64,000 nucleotides of DNA from an uncultured SAR86 cluster bacterium (lineage in GTDB: Bacteria > Pseudomonadota > Gammaproteobacteria > Magnimaribacterales > AG-339-G14): positions 516-64,515 of the forward strand of contig CACFKX010000005.1 in assembly GCA_902566955.1 (NCBI GenBank), read 5' to 3'. Below, one piece after another: positions 43,435 to 53,507 of the stretch. Every line of letters starts with the position of its first letter. Within the stretch, counting starts at the first letter, position 1. Made by a program: the position numbers and the translations under genes. The notes beneath the pieces were generated by a model. The model was not told the DNA's origin, made no database searches, and was given only the letters and a program-made list of their open reading frames with translations.

Positions 43435-43896
43435 ATGTTTGCTATGTTGTTTCCTAAGATTGCTGATAATAATTATCTTGGTTCTAGATTGGTAGTTTAC
43501 ATTTTTATTCCTTTTCTTTTATTAATGACCTGGAGATCAATTATTCATCTCTTCTACGCAGAATTTGGTCTGCATGGTATAGCAAATATGATAGTGATAG
43601 ATGGCTCTCCTGATCCAATGCCAGTTATCTATGCATTTTTTTCGCTATGGGGATTAATTCAATTATTATTTTGTGCTTTTGCTTGGGTAATCCTTTTTAG
43701 ATACAAGTCTCTCTTACCTTTAACTATTTTAGTTTTTTTAATTGACTGGTCAGCTAGAGTTATAAATGCTTCAAATTCTCCTCTCAATTTTGCTGAATAT
43801 AAAACTGGCACAACTCCAGGAATTGAATCCGCTCCTTATGTCACTGTTTTCTTATTAATTTTATTTATTACTTCACTTTTAAATAGGAAATCCTGA
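43435..43896 (+). CDS. Hypothetical 4-TM membrane protein
   Basis: Hydrophobic ORF packed within the operon (RS..H, F.LWG..Q). Confidence 0.65.
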   Translation: MFAMLFPKIADNNYLGSRLVVYIFIPFLLLMTWRSIIHLFYAEFGLHGIANMIVIDGSPDPMPVIYAFFSLWGLIQLLFCAFAWVILFRYKSLLPLTILVFLIDWSARVINASNSPLNFAEYKTGTTPGIESAPYVTVFLLILFITSLLNRKS

Positions 43897-43897
43897 T

Positions 43898-44959
43898 ATG
43901 AAAAAAATTACTATCTATCTAATTTTGGTTATTTTTATAATCGCTGGAATATTATTTTTGCTGAGTAGAGTGCCAGCGGTACAAGATGCTTTGTTTCAAC
44001 GACTTGCTCAAAGTTTAATAAGCACCGCACCAGATATTTTTCCAGAAGACGATTCTTTAAGTGCTTTGGTGTGCGGTTCAAAATCTCCATTGCCACATCC
44101 AACTAGGGCAGAGACTTGCGTAATGATTAAAGCCGGAGATGAAACTTTCATTTTTGATGTTGGAAATAAAAGTATAGATAATTTAAGAAATTGGCGCGTT
44201 CCTTTAGATCAATTGAATAGTATCTTCATTTCACATCTTCACTCAGATCACATAGCTGAACTTCCTGAAATACATATGTGGAATTGGGTAGGAACAGGTC
44301 GACAGTCTAAATTAAAAGTGTACGGTCCAGAGGGGATAAATCAGGTTCTTAACGGATTCACAGAAGCCTATTCATTAGATTGGAAATATCGTAATGACCA
44401 TCATGGAGATCAATTTGCTCCTTTAAAAGCAGCAGGTTTTGATGGATACGAAATAACTGACTTTAGCAAACCAGTATACGAATCTAATGGAATTGTAATT
44501 ACAGCTTTTTTGGTTGACCACAAACCGATTGATCCTTCATTAGCCTTTAAGATTGAATATAAAGGAAGATCTATCGTTTTGAGTGGAGATACTGTTTACT
44601 CAGAAGCAATCTTAAATAATTCAAAGGATGTTGATGTCTTATTCCACGAGGCTTTTCATAAAGGAACTTTAGATATGATGTATAACGCCCTTCCAGAGAA
44701 CTCCTCTTCCAGGATTGGTATTGTAGATATACAAAATTACCATACCAACACTATTGAAGTTGCGAATCTAGCGAAAGAAGCAAACGTTGGCCATCTTGTT
44801 TATTACCATTTAATTCCTGCACCAAGAACTGATTTAGTTGCAGATATTTTTACTAGAGGAATAGATGATATTCTTTCAAATTGGACTTTATCTGACGACG
44901 GAACAATGGTTATATTACCTATAGATTCTAAAGAAATTATTATTACGTCAATTAACTAG
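43898..44959 (+). CDS. Metallo-beta-lactamase fold hydrolase, RNase Z/AtsA-like, with N-terminal anchor
   Basis: SHLHSDH, VDH, SGDT, HEA, YHT, YHL; hydrophobic N-terminus. Confidence 0.82.
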   Translation: MKKITIYLILVIFIIAGILFLLSRVPAVQDALFQRLAQSLISTAPDIFPEDDSLSALVCGSKSPLPHPTRAETCVMIKAGDETFIFDVGNKSIDNLRNWRVPLDQLNSIFISHLHSDHIAELPEIHMWNWVGTGRQSKLKVYGPEGINQVLNGFTEAYSLDWKYRNDHHGDQFAPLKAAGFDGYEITDFSKPVYESNGIVITAFLVDHKPIDPSLAFKIEYKGRSIVLSGDTVYSEAILNNSKDVDVLFHEAFHKGTLDMMYNALPENSSSRIGIVDIQNYHTNTIEVANLAKEANVGHLVYYHLIPAPRTDLVADIFTRGIDDILSNWTLSDDGTMVILPIDSKEIIITSIN

Positions 44960-44966
44960 GAGAGTT

Positions 44967-45938
44967 ATGAAAACAAAAATTACTGAACTTTTTGATATAG
45001 AGCATCCCATTATTCAAGGTGGAATGCACTATGTTGGATTTGCTGAGTTGGCAGCTGCTGTATCGAATGCTGGTGGCTTAGGAATAATCACTGGTCTTAC
45101 TCAAGGCACTCCAGAAAAGTTAGCAAATGAAATAGCAAAATGTAAGGATATGACAGATAAACCTTTTGGTGTGAATTTAACTTTTTTACCTTCGTTAACA
45201 CCACCTGACTACCCAGGCCTTATTAAAGTTATCATTGAAGGAGGAGTTAAAATAGTAGAAACAGCTGGAAGGAGTCCTGCTGAATATATGCCTGCCTTAA
45301 AAGATGCTGGAATTAAAGTTATTCATAAGTGCACATCTGTAAGACATTCTTTGAAAGCCCAAAGCGTTGGGTGCGATGCTATATCTGTTGATGGATTTGA
45401 ATGCGGAGGCCATCCAGGCGAGGATGATATTCCTAATTTTATTTTGTTGCCTAGAGCAGCAGATGAATTGGAAATTCCTTTTGTTGCTTCAGGAGGAATG
45501 GCTGATGCCCGAAGTTTAGTTGCTGCAATGGCTTTAGGGGCAGAAGGCATGAATATGGGTACAAGATTCATAGCAACTAAAGATGCTCCAGTTCATGAAA
45601 ACGTTAAAAAAGCTATCGTAAATGCATCTGAGTTAGATACAAGATTAATTATGCGATCACTTACCAACACTGAAAGGGTGCTAACAAATCCCGCAGTTGA
45701 TAGATTGATGGAAAAAGAAAAAGCACTTGGGGAAAAGTTAACTTTTTCCGATATTGTTGATGAAGTTGCAGGGGTTTATCCCACAATCATGATGGATGGT
45801 GATATGGATGCAGGAGCTTGGTCTTGCGGTATGGTTGCAGGCCTGGTTTATGATATCCCTAGCGTAAAAGAACTCATAGATAGGATAATGAGTGAAGCAG
45901 AAGAAATAATTCAATCCAAACTCAAAAAAGCTGTTTAA
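44967..45938 (+). CDS. Nitronate monooxygenase family flavoenzyme (second paralog)
   Basis: HPIIQGGM, AAVSNAGGLG, DGFECGGHPG, NMGTRF; GGAG RBS. Confidence 0.88.
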   Translation: MKTKITELFDIEHPIIQGGMHYVGFAELAAAVSNAGGLGIITGLTQGTPEKLANEIAKCKDMTDKPFGVNLTFLPSLTPPDYPGLIKVIIEGGVKIVETAGRSPAEYMPALKDAGIKVIHKCTSVRHSLKAQSVGCDAISVDGFECGGHPGEDDIPNFILLPRAADELEIPFVASGGMADARSLVAAMALGAEGMNMGTRFIATKDAPVHENVKKAIVNASELDTRLIMRSLTNTERVLTNPAVDRLMEKEKALGEKLTFSDIVDEVAGVYPTIMMDGDMDAGAWSCGMVAGLVYDIPSVKELIDRIMSEAEEIIQSKLKKAV

Positions 45939-46357
45939 TGAAGTTTGAAAATAAAGTAATGCCGAATGATGAACAAATGGCAGAATTTCTCGACCCCGGA
46001 AATGATGAACCAATTTATATGGTAAATCTTCTCAAGTTTAAAGATAAAGCCGAATATCCTGATAAAAGAGAGACAGATTTATCAGGAAGAGAAGCTTATG
46101 CTATCTATTCTGAGGAAGTGAAACATCATCTAGCTAAAGTTGGGGCAAAAGCTATATTTGGTGCTAACGTTAAGAGATTAATGTTAGGTGTAGTGGAAGA
46201 ACTTTGGGATTCTGTTGCGATAGCTTCTTATCCAAGCAGAAAAGCAATGTTAGATATGATCTCTGATCCAGAATATATAAAAAGCGCGCAACACAGAGTT
46301 GCTGGATTAAAGGGACAGTTAAACATTGAAACAGTAATTCCCTTAGAGAATGACTAA
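45938..46357 (+). CDS. DUF1330-like protein
   Basis: PIYMVNLLKFK, SGREAYA.Y, WD.VAI.SYPSR, HR.AGL. Confidence 0.75.
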   Translation: MKFENKVMPNDEQMAEFLDPGNDEPIYMVNLLKFKDKAEYPDKRETDLSGREAYAIYSEEVKHHLAKVGAKAIFGANVKRLMLGVVEELWDSVAIASYPSRKAMLDMISDPEYIKSAQHRVAGLKGQLNIETVIPLEND

Positions 46358-46411
46358 AATAAAAAAAGCCTACTTCAGATTTTTGCTTAGTTTATTTCCA
46401 AGATTTTAAAT

Positions 46412-46900
46412 TTGGAGATAATTGATTTAAAAATTAATCAAGACGAAGAAATATTTTCATCGTTCTACGAAATCAATCAACAACAAGTTCCTAAAGTTGG
46501 ATCTGTATCTCTAGAAGAATTTATTTATTTAATAAAAATATCAGATATTTCCTATGGATCTATAAAGAAGGGTATATGTTTGGGTTTTGTCATCTGTCTC
46601 AGAGAAAAAACCAATTATAAATCTATCAATTATAAATTTTTTCAAAATAGACATAATAAATTCTTCTATATTGATCGTATTGCAATAGCCAATAAATATC
46701 AGTCATCAGGTATCGGAAGTATTCTCTATAACAAATTATTATCAATTAAAGTCAAATTTAATATACCGATATGTGCAGAAGTAAATATTGATCCACCAAA
46801 TGAGTCATCTATTAATTTTCATAGAAAACATGGATTTTCTGAAATCACTGAAAGCACGTTAAAAGAAGGGTATTCAGTTGTTTATATGGAAGTTAGCTGA
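46412..46900 (+). CDS. GNAT family acetyltransferase
   Basis: YIDRIAI...QSSGIG..LY, CAEVN..PPN..S..FH...GF. Confidence 0.8.
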   Translation: MEIIDLKINQDEEIFSSFYEINQQQVPKVGSVSLEEFIYLIKISDISYGSIKKGICLGFVICLREKTNYKSINYKFFQNRHNKFFYIDRIAIANKYQSSGIGSILYNKLLSIKVKFNIPICAEVNIDPPNESSINFHRKHGFSEITESTLKEGYSVVYMEVS

Positions 46901-46908
46901 TATATATT

Positions 46909-46936
46909 ACTTTACATAATATATATTATACGAATG
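46909..46936 (-). other. dif: dif site (XerC/XerD chromosome dimer resolution site)
   Basis: Minus strand reads CATTCGTATAA-TATATA-TTATGTAAAGT, the 11-6-11 layout of E. coli dif (GGTGCGCATAA-TGTATA-TTATGTTAAAT); intergenic between convergent genes. Confidence 0.85.
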
Positions 46937-46944
46937 TAAAATAA

Positions 46945-47946
46945 TTAGTTAATTGCTACGTTTAATGAATTAACTACTTTTCCTCTATCTGAAGTAAGTT
47001 CCATAACAACTTGGTCTTCATATAAACGAAGAACACCAAAGTTGGCTTTTCTATAGGTTGAACCGATCCTCAATGGACCTTTCTCTTCAGTATTAAATGG
47101 TATTGGTAGATTCAATGAACTAGATGTGAATTCATAAATATTATTGTTACCAACTGTCTTAAATTGATAAAACCCACCTCTATGTCTATCTCCGGATAGA
47201 ATAAAAAGATTAGAAATATTGGATTCATCTATGAGTTTAAGGAATTTTTCTCTTTCTAAGGGAAATTTATCCCACGATTCCCATCCATGCCCTAAACTCA
47301 AAATCTGCAAACTAGATATGATGATTTTTATATCGCTTTCTACAATTAATTTATCTTTGAGCCATTTCCACTGATTTTTCCCTAACAATGTCTTTTCAGG
47401 ATTGAAATCTTCAATATATCTTTCTTTTCCTTTTTTATTGAATTCATCTGTTAATTTCCATTCAGATTTAAATGATCTGTTATCTAAAAAGATTAAATGT
47501 ATTTTAAGACCATTTTTGTTTATTATTTTGTCAAAATAGAGACCGTCTCTTAGTCTGCGTGGATCGTTAGCAGGAATTTGCCAAGTCTCTAAGAAAAGAG
47601 ATTTTGCTATATCTTTGTAACGATAATTAGAACCACCATCATTTAATCCAAAATCATGATCATCCCAAATAAACTCTGTACTTACATTCTGTAAAAAATT
47701 CTCTAAATTATTGAATTGCTGCTTATAAGTTCTTATGAGTTTATCTAATTCTCCATCTTCCTGATCTCCATAGACGTTGTCTCCAATAAACATAAATAGG
47801 TCCAATTCTTTCTTTTCTATGGTCTTAAGAATAGCCATGCTTCGGTCTTGATGAAGACAAGAGCCAAAACCTAAGGTTAGTATCTCTTGATTTGAATATG
47901 TATTAATTGAAACAAGAAAAAGGATAAGAAAATGAATAATTTTCAT
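46945..47946 (-). CDS. phoD: PhoD-like alkaline phosphatase/phosphodiesterase (short form)
   Basis: FGSC, GDNVYGD, WDDHD..NDG, LDNRSF, LSGDRH; signal peptide. Confidence 0.82.
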   Translation of the reverse strand: MKIIHFLILFLVSINTYSNQEILTLGFGSCLHQDRSMAILKTIEKKELDLFMFIGDNVYGDQEDGELDKLIRTYKQQFNNLENFLQNVSTEFIWDDHDFGLNDGGSNYRYKDIAKSLFLETWQIPANDPRRLRDGLYFDKIINKNGLKIHLIFLDNRSFKSEWKLTDEFNKKGKERYIEDFNPEKTLLGKNQWKWLKDKLIVESDIKIIISSLQILSLGHGWESWDKFPLEREKFLKLIDESNISNLFILSGDRHRGGFYQFKTVGNNNIYEFTSSSLNLPIPFNTEEKGPLRIGSTYRKANFGVLRLYEDQVVMELTSDRGKVVNSLNVAIN

Positions 47947-48044
47947 AAAATGATCATAGACGATAGAAACAAATAGTAAATTGAAAACTGCTTTAATTTA
48001 TTAAAAAAAATAACTTATACTTAATTCTTAAGAAGGAGAAAATT

Positions 48045-48416
48045 ATGGAAATGATAATAGGACTTACCTTACTGCTGGCCTTATTTCAAATTTGGCTTAT
48101 ACCAATGATGTTGAATTCAAAAAACGTAAATTGGCAAATTTCTAATAGAGATAATGAACCTGAACATCCGCCCTCTTTAATGCTTTCTAGGGCTACGAAG
48201 GCAAAAGATAATTTGAAAGAAACCCTTCCGATTTTTCTTGCCTTAGCAGTTTGGTCTATTGCTGCTGGAATAGATATTAGCGGTTTAGCAATGTGGTGGT
48301 TAATATTAAGAATAGCCCATGGAGCTTTATATATGGCTGGAATAGGCATTATAAGAACGCTAGTTTGGCTTCCTGCGACAATTATTCTTATTATGATGGC
48401 ACTAGCGTTAGTTTAA
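48045..48416 (+). CDS. MAPEG family membrane protein
   Basis: RA.KA..N..ETLP.F, LR..HG..Y..G; AAGGAG RBS. Confidence 0.8.
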   Translation: MEMIIGLTLLLALFQIWLIPMMLNSKNVNWQISNRDNEPEHPPSLMLSRATKAKDNLKETLPIFLALAVWSIAAGIDISGLAMWWLILRIAHGALYMAGIGIIRTLVWLPATIILIMMALALV

Positions 48417-48419
48417 AAA

Positions 48420-49280
48420 ATGTATCCTAAAAAATATATTAATATTAAAGGCAAAGAAATGGCCTATGTTGACCAAGGTCAAGGAGACCCAATAGTTTTT
48501 TTACATGGAAATCCTACATCTTCCTATTTGTGGAGAAATATAGCTCCGCATGTAGAAGGATTAGGAAGAATAGTAATACCCGATCTTATTGGTATGGGAG
48601 ACTCAGAAAAACTAAATAATATAGATGATCAAGGTTACAAATATCATGGGCAGTATGATTATTTGACTTCTTTATTGGAAGAATTAAACCTTGGAAATAA
48701 TATTAATTTAGTCATCCATGATTGGGGATCTGCTATGGGTTTTCAATTTGCAAGAGAAAATTCTGAGAGAATAAAATCCATAACCTTCATGGAAGCAATT
48801 GTAATGCCTATGGTCTGGGATCAATGGCCTGAAATGGCTAGAAAGATATTTGGTCTCTATAGATCTGAAGCTGGAGAAGAATTAATTCTTGAAAAGAATT
48901 ATTTTGTAGAAAAGATTTTATTTTTAGATGCCCCTAATCTGACTGATGAAGATAAAAATGAATATAGAAGACCTTTTGTTAATACAGGAGAAGATAGACG
49001 CCCTACTTTGACTTGGCCAAGACAAATTCCTTTAGAGGGAGAACCTCCTGAGGTTGTGGATGAAGTGCAAAAAAATGCAGATTTCCACAAAGACTCTGAT
49101 ATTCCTAAACTTTTTATTAATGCCGATCCAGGATCAATACTTATTGGCGATCAAAGAGAATTTGTAAGAAGTTGGAAAAATCTTACAGAAGTAACCGTAA
49201 AAGGAAATCACTTTATTCAGGAAACTTCTCCTGATCAAATAGGAAAGAATTTAGCTAACTTTTTAGAGTCAATTGGTTAA
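48420..49280 (+). CDS. Haloalkane dehalogenase, HLD-II (LinB/DhaA-like) subfamily
   Basis: FLHGNPTSSYLWRN, PDLIGMG.S.K, HDWGSA, FMEAIV, WPRQIP, HFIQE. Confidence 0.9.
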   Translation: MYPKKYINIKGKEMAYVDQGQGDPIVFLHGNPTSSYLWRNIAPHVEGLGRIVIPDLIGMGDSEKLNNIDDQGYKYHGQYDYLTSLLEELNLGNNINLVIHDWGSAMGFQFARENSERIKSITFMEAIVMPMVWDQWPEMARKIFGLYRSEAGEELILEKNYFVEKILFLDAPNLTDEDKNEYRRPFVNTGEDRRPTLTWPRQIPLEGEPPEVVDEVQKNADFHKDSDIPKLFINADPGSILIGDQREFVRSWKNLTEVTVKGNHFIQETSPDQIGKNLANFLESIG

Positions 49281-50844
49281 AAAATTAAGGTTCACACTTT
49301 TCTGTTTCCTTTTTTTTTCTAATTCTATTTTTCCATATGAAAAGCCAAATATTGTCATTATTGTTTCTGATGATTTGGGTTGGGGCGACGTTTCATACCA
49401 TGAAAGCATTATTCCAACTCCGAACATAGATAGGTTTGTGAATGAAGGTTTGGAGTTAAATCGATTTTATTCAAATCCAATATGTAGTCCTACAAGAGCG
49501 TCCTTAATGACAGGGCTAGAAGCATATTCTGTAGGTATTCTTAGACCAATTAGTAATCCTTCTACAAGTCCCATAGGGCTTCCACTTGAGTACAAAATAC
49601 TACCTGAGTATTTCAAAGAAGCGGGATACCAAACAGCTTTAGTTGGAAAATGGCACTTAGGAATGAACTCTAAAGAATATTTACCAGGTCAAAGAGGTTT
49701 TGATACAACCTATGGTTTTATGAATGGAGGGATCGATTATTTTAACCATACAATGTCAGGAAGACTTGATTGGCATAAGAATGGTGTGCCTTTAAGAGAA
49801 GAAGGTTATTCAACAGAACTAATTGCGAACGAAGCAATAAAAGTCATACAAAATAAACAAAATAACAAGCCTTTACTCTTATATGTAGCTTTCAATGCTC
49901 CTCACACCCCTATTCAAGCTCCATATGAGAGCATAGAAAAGTTTAGATATATTGATGATCCAAATGAAAGAATTTATGCAGCAAATATTAGTATTCTAGA
50001 TAAACAAATTGGGAGAATCATCGATAGCATAAAAGATGAAGAGCTTTCGTCAAATACCCTGATACTTTTTTTTAGTGACAATGGTCCTGTCTTTGACATT
50101 GATCCAATTGGAGCGGTAGTTGTTCCAGAATTATTGAATGCTAAAGGAAGCAGCGGAGGATTAAAAGGTAGTAAAGGGTCAGCATATGAAGGAGGTATAA
50201 GGGTTCCAGCATTCATGATGTGGGAAGGGAAATTTAAAAGTGAATCTTCTAATCAGTTTTTTTTCATACAGGATGTTTTACCAACTTTATTGAGTGCAGC
50301 TGAAATCGATTATGAAAACAGTTTTTTTGAAGGTACTAGTAGATGGGATTCTTTGCTTAAACGAACTGTTGATAAACCACAAAATTCAGTTTTAGCTGCC
50401 AGTGTAGCTTTTGAAGAAATTGCTTTATTCAATGAAGACTGGAAGCTTTACTTTAAGAAAGGTCCAGCTGGAAGTAACTCAATTAATTACTATGAATTAT
50501 TTAATATCATAGAGGATCCACTTGAAGAGTATGATTTATCAAAAGATTATCCTGATATTTTTGATCGAATGAAGGAAACTCTCAATAAAATTCCTAAACG
50601 AAATCTACAAGGATATCCTGATGCAAGTTATCTTTATCTTCACGGGGATAGGATGTTATCCGAAGAGAGTAGAACTCCTTGGTTAAATTACGATTTTGAA
50701 TTGGTAGAGAAGCCCTCCCCTATTATCGGAACTCTTATATTTATATGGATTTTATTGTTAGCAAATAAAACCTATGCAATTTTGTTTATCTTATTAGCGA
50801 TTCTCCTTATCTATTCAATTAGGAAAAAAATAAAACGTGGCTAG
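49273..50844 (+). CDS. Formylglycine-dependent arylsulfatase with C-terminal membrane anchor
   Basis: KPNIV..DDLG, CSPTRASLMTG, GKWHLG, APH.P, SDNG, EGGIRVP; signal peptide and hydrophobic C-terminus. Confidence 0.9.
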   Translation: MVKKLRFTLFCFLFFSNSIFPYEKPNIVIIVSDDLGWGDVSYHESIIPTPNIDRFVNEGLELNRFYSNPICSPTRASLMTGLEAYSVGILRPISNPSTSPIGLPLEYKILPEYFKEAGYQTALVGKWHLGMNSKEYLPGQRGFDTTYGFMNGGIDYFNHTMSGRLDWHKNGVPLREEGYSTELIANEAIKVIQNKQNNKPLLLYVAFNAPHTPIQAPYESIEKFRYIDDPNERIYAANISILDKQIGRIIDSIKDEELSSNTLILFFSDNGPVFDIDPIGAVVVPELLNAKGSSGGLKGSKGSAYEGGIRVPAFMMWEGKFKSESSNQFFFIQDVLPTLLSAAEIDYENSFFEGTSRWDSLLKRTVDKPQNSVLAASVAFEEIALFNEDWKLYFKKGPAGSNSINYYELFNIIEDPLEEYDLSKDYPDIFDRMKETLNKIPKRNLQGYPDASYLYLHGDRMLSEESRTPWLNYDFELVEKPSPIIGTLIFIWILLLANKTYAILFILLAILLIYSIRKKIKRG

Positions 50845-51754
50845 AGAAGGAAAACAAAGTTTTAAAGTTATTGATACAGATAAAAAATGGATTCTCTATC
50901 ATAATTGTTTTTCGCTTTGTTCTCGTAAAGTTCGATTATGCCTTGAAGAATTAGAAATAGTATATGATCAGGAACATATTGATTTAATAGAAACAGGTAA
51001 ATATCAAGTTGCCTCTAAAAAATTTTTAAAAATTAATCCTGGTGCGACTGTCCCAGTTTTACTTCATGAAGGTTATCCAATTTATGAATCGCACAAACAA
51101 ATTTACTATTTAACTAAAGAATCTTCTTCAAGTTCTCTTATTCCTGATAATGAAAAAGATAAAACTTCAATGAACTATTGGGTAAAAAAATCTTCTATGG
51201 TTGGAGATCCAATGGAAAATCAAGATATATATGCAGGAAACTGTATAGGCGCTTTGACTTTTCCACTTTTTGCTTCAATGATTAAGTATATAAATATCAA
51301 CAAAATACTTTTTGGTTTAATAAATCATCCGTTGAAAATAAGGGTTTTCCTTTTTATTATTCTTAAGATGTTTGGATATAAAGCTTTCTCGAGTAGTTCT
51401 CCTATCAGAAAATTAATTAAAAGATCATTAAAGAATATTAACAATCACCTACTTGAACTAAATAATCATTTAAAGACAAAAAAAGAAGATTGGATTGTCA
51501 ATAATTCATTTACATTAGCAGATATAAGTTGGGCGGTTATTCTTCATAGAATTGAAGAAGTAGGATGGGACGAAATATTATTTAGAGATAAACCGTTTCT
51601 TGAAGATTATTACAAAAAGGTGAAAGCTAAAAAAAGTTTTAACAGTTCTATCATCAACTATGATCATGAAATATTGGATAAAGGAAAAAAAATTTTAAAG
51701 TCAAAAATAAAAGAAGATAAAAACTTAAAATCACTTTTCAGTGAATCTTTCTAA
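50837..51754 (+). CDS. Glutathione S-transferase family protein
   Basis: SLCSRKVR, INP.ATVPVL, IYES, FTLADI. Confidence 0.82.
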   Translation: MAREGKQSFKVIDTDKKWILYHNCFSLCSRKVRLCLEELEIVYDQEHIDLIETGKYQVASKKFLKINPGATVPVLLHEGYPIYESHKQIYYLTKESSSSSLIPDNEKDKTSMNYWVKKSSMVGDPMENQDIYAGNCIGALTFPLFASMIKYININKILFGLINHPLKIRVFLFIILKMFGYKAFSSSSPIRKLIKRSLKNINNHLLELNNHLKTKKEDWIVNNSFTLADISWAVILHRIEEVGWDEILFRDKPFLEDYYKKVKAKKSFNSSIINYDHEILDKGKKILKSKIKEDKNLKSLFSESF

Positions 51755-51767
51755 TTTCTTTATATAA

Positions 51768-51798
51768 AAAAAATACCCGAATAAATCGGGTATTTTTT
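51768..51798. terminator. Bidirectional intrinsic terminator
   Basis: AAAAAATACCCGA-ATAAA-TCGGGTATTTTTT hairpin between convergent genes. Confidence 0.85.
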
Positions 51799-51811
51799 AA
51801 TAATACTGTTC

Positions 51812-52537
51812 TTATCTTTCGTTAGGATATGCTTTTACAAATTGTGCCATTCTTGTTTGAACATTCGTTCGAATATCTTCCACTTTATTTAGATAAGTTT
51901 GATAGTCTCTTGAACTAAATGCAGTTTTCATGGAATTTGTAAGTTCACTCAAGGAATTAGAACCTAAATAGATCATATGAGTGTAGTATTTATTTCCAAA
52001 GAGAATTCGGTTAATTCCAAAAGAACCGACACTTTCTTGAGATTCCATGAAATCTACCCAAGCTTTCAAATATTTAGCCTCTTCTCCTGATTCAACCTTT
52101 ATGTCAACATTTGCAAAAACTGTATCCGTTCTCCAATCGCCTGATTCAAGAGCCAATTCTGTTACAAAGTTGTAATACTTATCAGAATTAGAGTAATTAT
52201 CCATGCTTTTGATCATTTGAGCCGATTCTTGGCAAGATCCAAAAATAGATCTTCCGATCTGCATTTGATCAAAATCATCGTACACCACGAGTATAAGATG
52301 AGAATGAGCACCTCCACCAAGAGCATAAAGGCCAATATTTACCCCTGATTTTTCTCGCCAGTTTTGCGCACAGGAAGATACATCAAATTTATCAACTGTT
52401 GCTACAAAAGACATTGGATCGGTTACGTCAAAGTAGTGAAATTCAGCTACAACATTTCCAGATTTTATCCCATGATCATCTGAAAATATATTGACTGAAA
52501 AAATAGTTATCAATATTGAAAATAGAATTTTTCTCAT
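51812..52537 (-). CDS. Secreted two-repeat His/Cys protein (paralog 1)
   Basis: Signal peptide, AAGGAG RBS, clear similarity to the 58224 ORF (V.DP...DKF..S.C; DW..D..F; Y.KAW...MES; G.NR.L.GN...TH). Confidence 0.8.
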   Translation of the reverse strand: MRKILFSILITIFSVNIFSDDHGIKSGNVVAEFHYFDVTDPMSFVATVDKFDVSSCAQNWREKSGVNIGLYALGGGAHSHLILVVYDDFDQMQIGRSIFGSCQESAQMIKSMDNYSNSDKYYNFVTELALESGDWRTDTVFANVDIKVESGEEAKYLKAWVDFMESQESVGSFGINRILFGNKYYTHMIYLGSNSLSELTNSMKTAFSSRDYQTYLNKVEDIRTNVQTRMAQFVKAYPNER

Positions 52538-52595
52538 TTTTTTTCTCCTTTGTTAATTAAATTATGACGAAAAAAAAATTTATTTCTAATACTTT

Positions 52596-53507
52596 TTAAA
52601 AATAAGTATTGTGAATCTTAGAATCAATTTTAGACACATTTTTTTGGAGGTTATCTAAAAATAAATGTAGTCTTTTATCATCAAAGTTATGTAGTTTAGA
52701 TTTCTCAGAAATATTGATAATCCTATTTATCATTTGTAGTAACTTTGTATTTTTAGGAAGATTTTTCAAACATGCCTCAATAGTGATTAGACTTCGAAAT
52801 ACTGATCTGGGAAAACTGTCATTCTTAAGTAAAAAAGTTATAACTTCACCCCTGTTCGCTTCTCCTTTTGATTCCTTTCTAAATGCATCTTGAGCAGATA
52901 AAGTTGAGAGCATGCTAATCCATTCCATAGTAGAAAAATCATGAGTTTGTTTAGAACTTTTTGAAATACATAAGCAATCTATAATTCTGGATATCATATC
53001 TGTCCTCTCTATAAATCTACCTAGTCTGATAAATTCAAACTCATAACCTCTAGAGAGATTATCATTTATAGCTCCAAAAAAATTTTGAGTCATCGATACT
53101 ATATTTGTTATATGTTGCAGTTTCCTTCGTTGATGAACTTTAGAAATTTTCTGATCAAGAACATGATCATATAGATGATTCAGACTTACATTTGCAGTTT
53201 TGGGTAAATCATCTTTTATGGTTTCTATATTATATTTAGACATCTCTAAGCAATTATTAAGAGAACTTAGATTTTTTTTATCTTCAAACAAAAAATTTAA
53301 AACATTGTTTTCGTTATAATTTTTATATTTACCCTCAAATAATTCATTAATATCTAAAGTATCAATTAGAGGTTTCCAGTTTAAAGAATGATCGTCAGGA
53401 AAATCTAAAATTAGTTCGAGATTTACATCGATCATTCTTGCAATGTTTTCAACTCTTTCTACGTATCGGGCGAGCCAATACAAATGTTTTGCACTCCTAC
53501 TTAACAT
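52596..53507 (-). CDS. Alpha-E domain protein
   Basis: MLSR.A..LYWLARYVERVEN.AR, LGRFIERTD..SR, FPRS; ATG overlaps the stop of the ATP-grasp gene. Confidence 0.9.
   Translation of the reverse strand: MLSRSAKHLYWLARYVERVENIARMIDVNLELILDFPDDHSLNWKPLIDTLDINELFEGKYKNYNENNVLNFLFEDKKNLSSLNNCLEMSKYNIETIKDDLPKTANVSLNHLYDHVLDQKISKVHQRRKLQHITNIVSMTQNFFGAINDNLSRGYEFEFIRLGRFIERTDMISRIIDCLCISKSSKQTHDFSTMEWISMLSTLSAQDAFRKESKGEANRGEVITFLLKNDSFPRSVFRSLITIEACLKNLPKNTKLLQMINRIINISEKSKLHNFDDKRLHLFLDNLQKNVSKIDSKIHNTYF

Noticed and set aside
43898-44959. MBL-fold protein as housekeeping RNase Z or a beta-lactamase
   Set aside because: The N-terminal membrane/signal segment and catabolic context argue against tRNA processing; the motifs are RNase Z/AtsA-type rather than class B beta-lactamase
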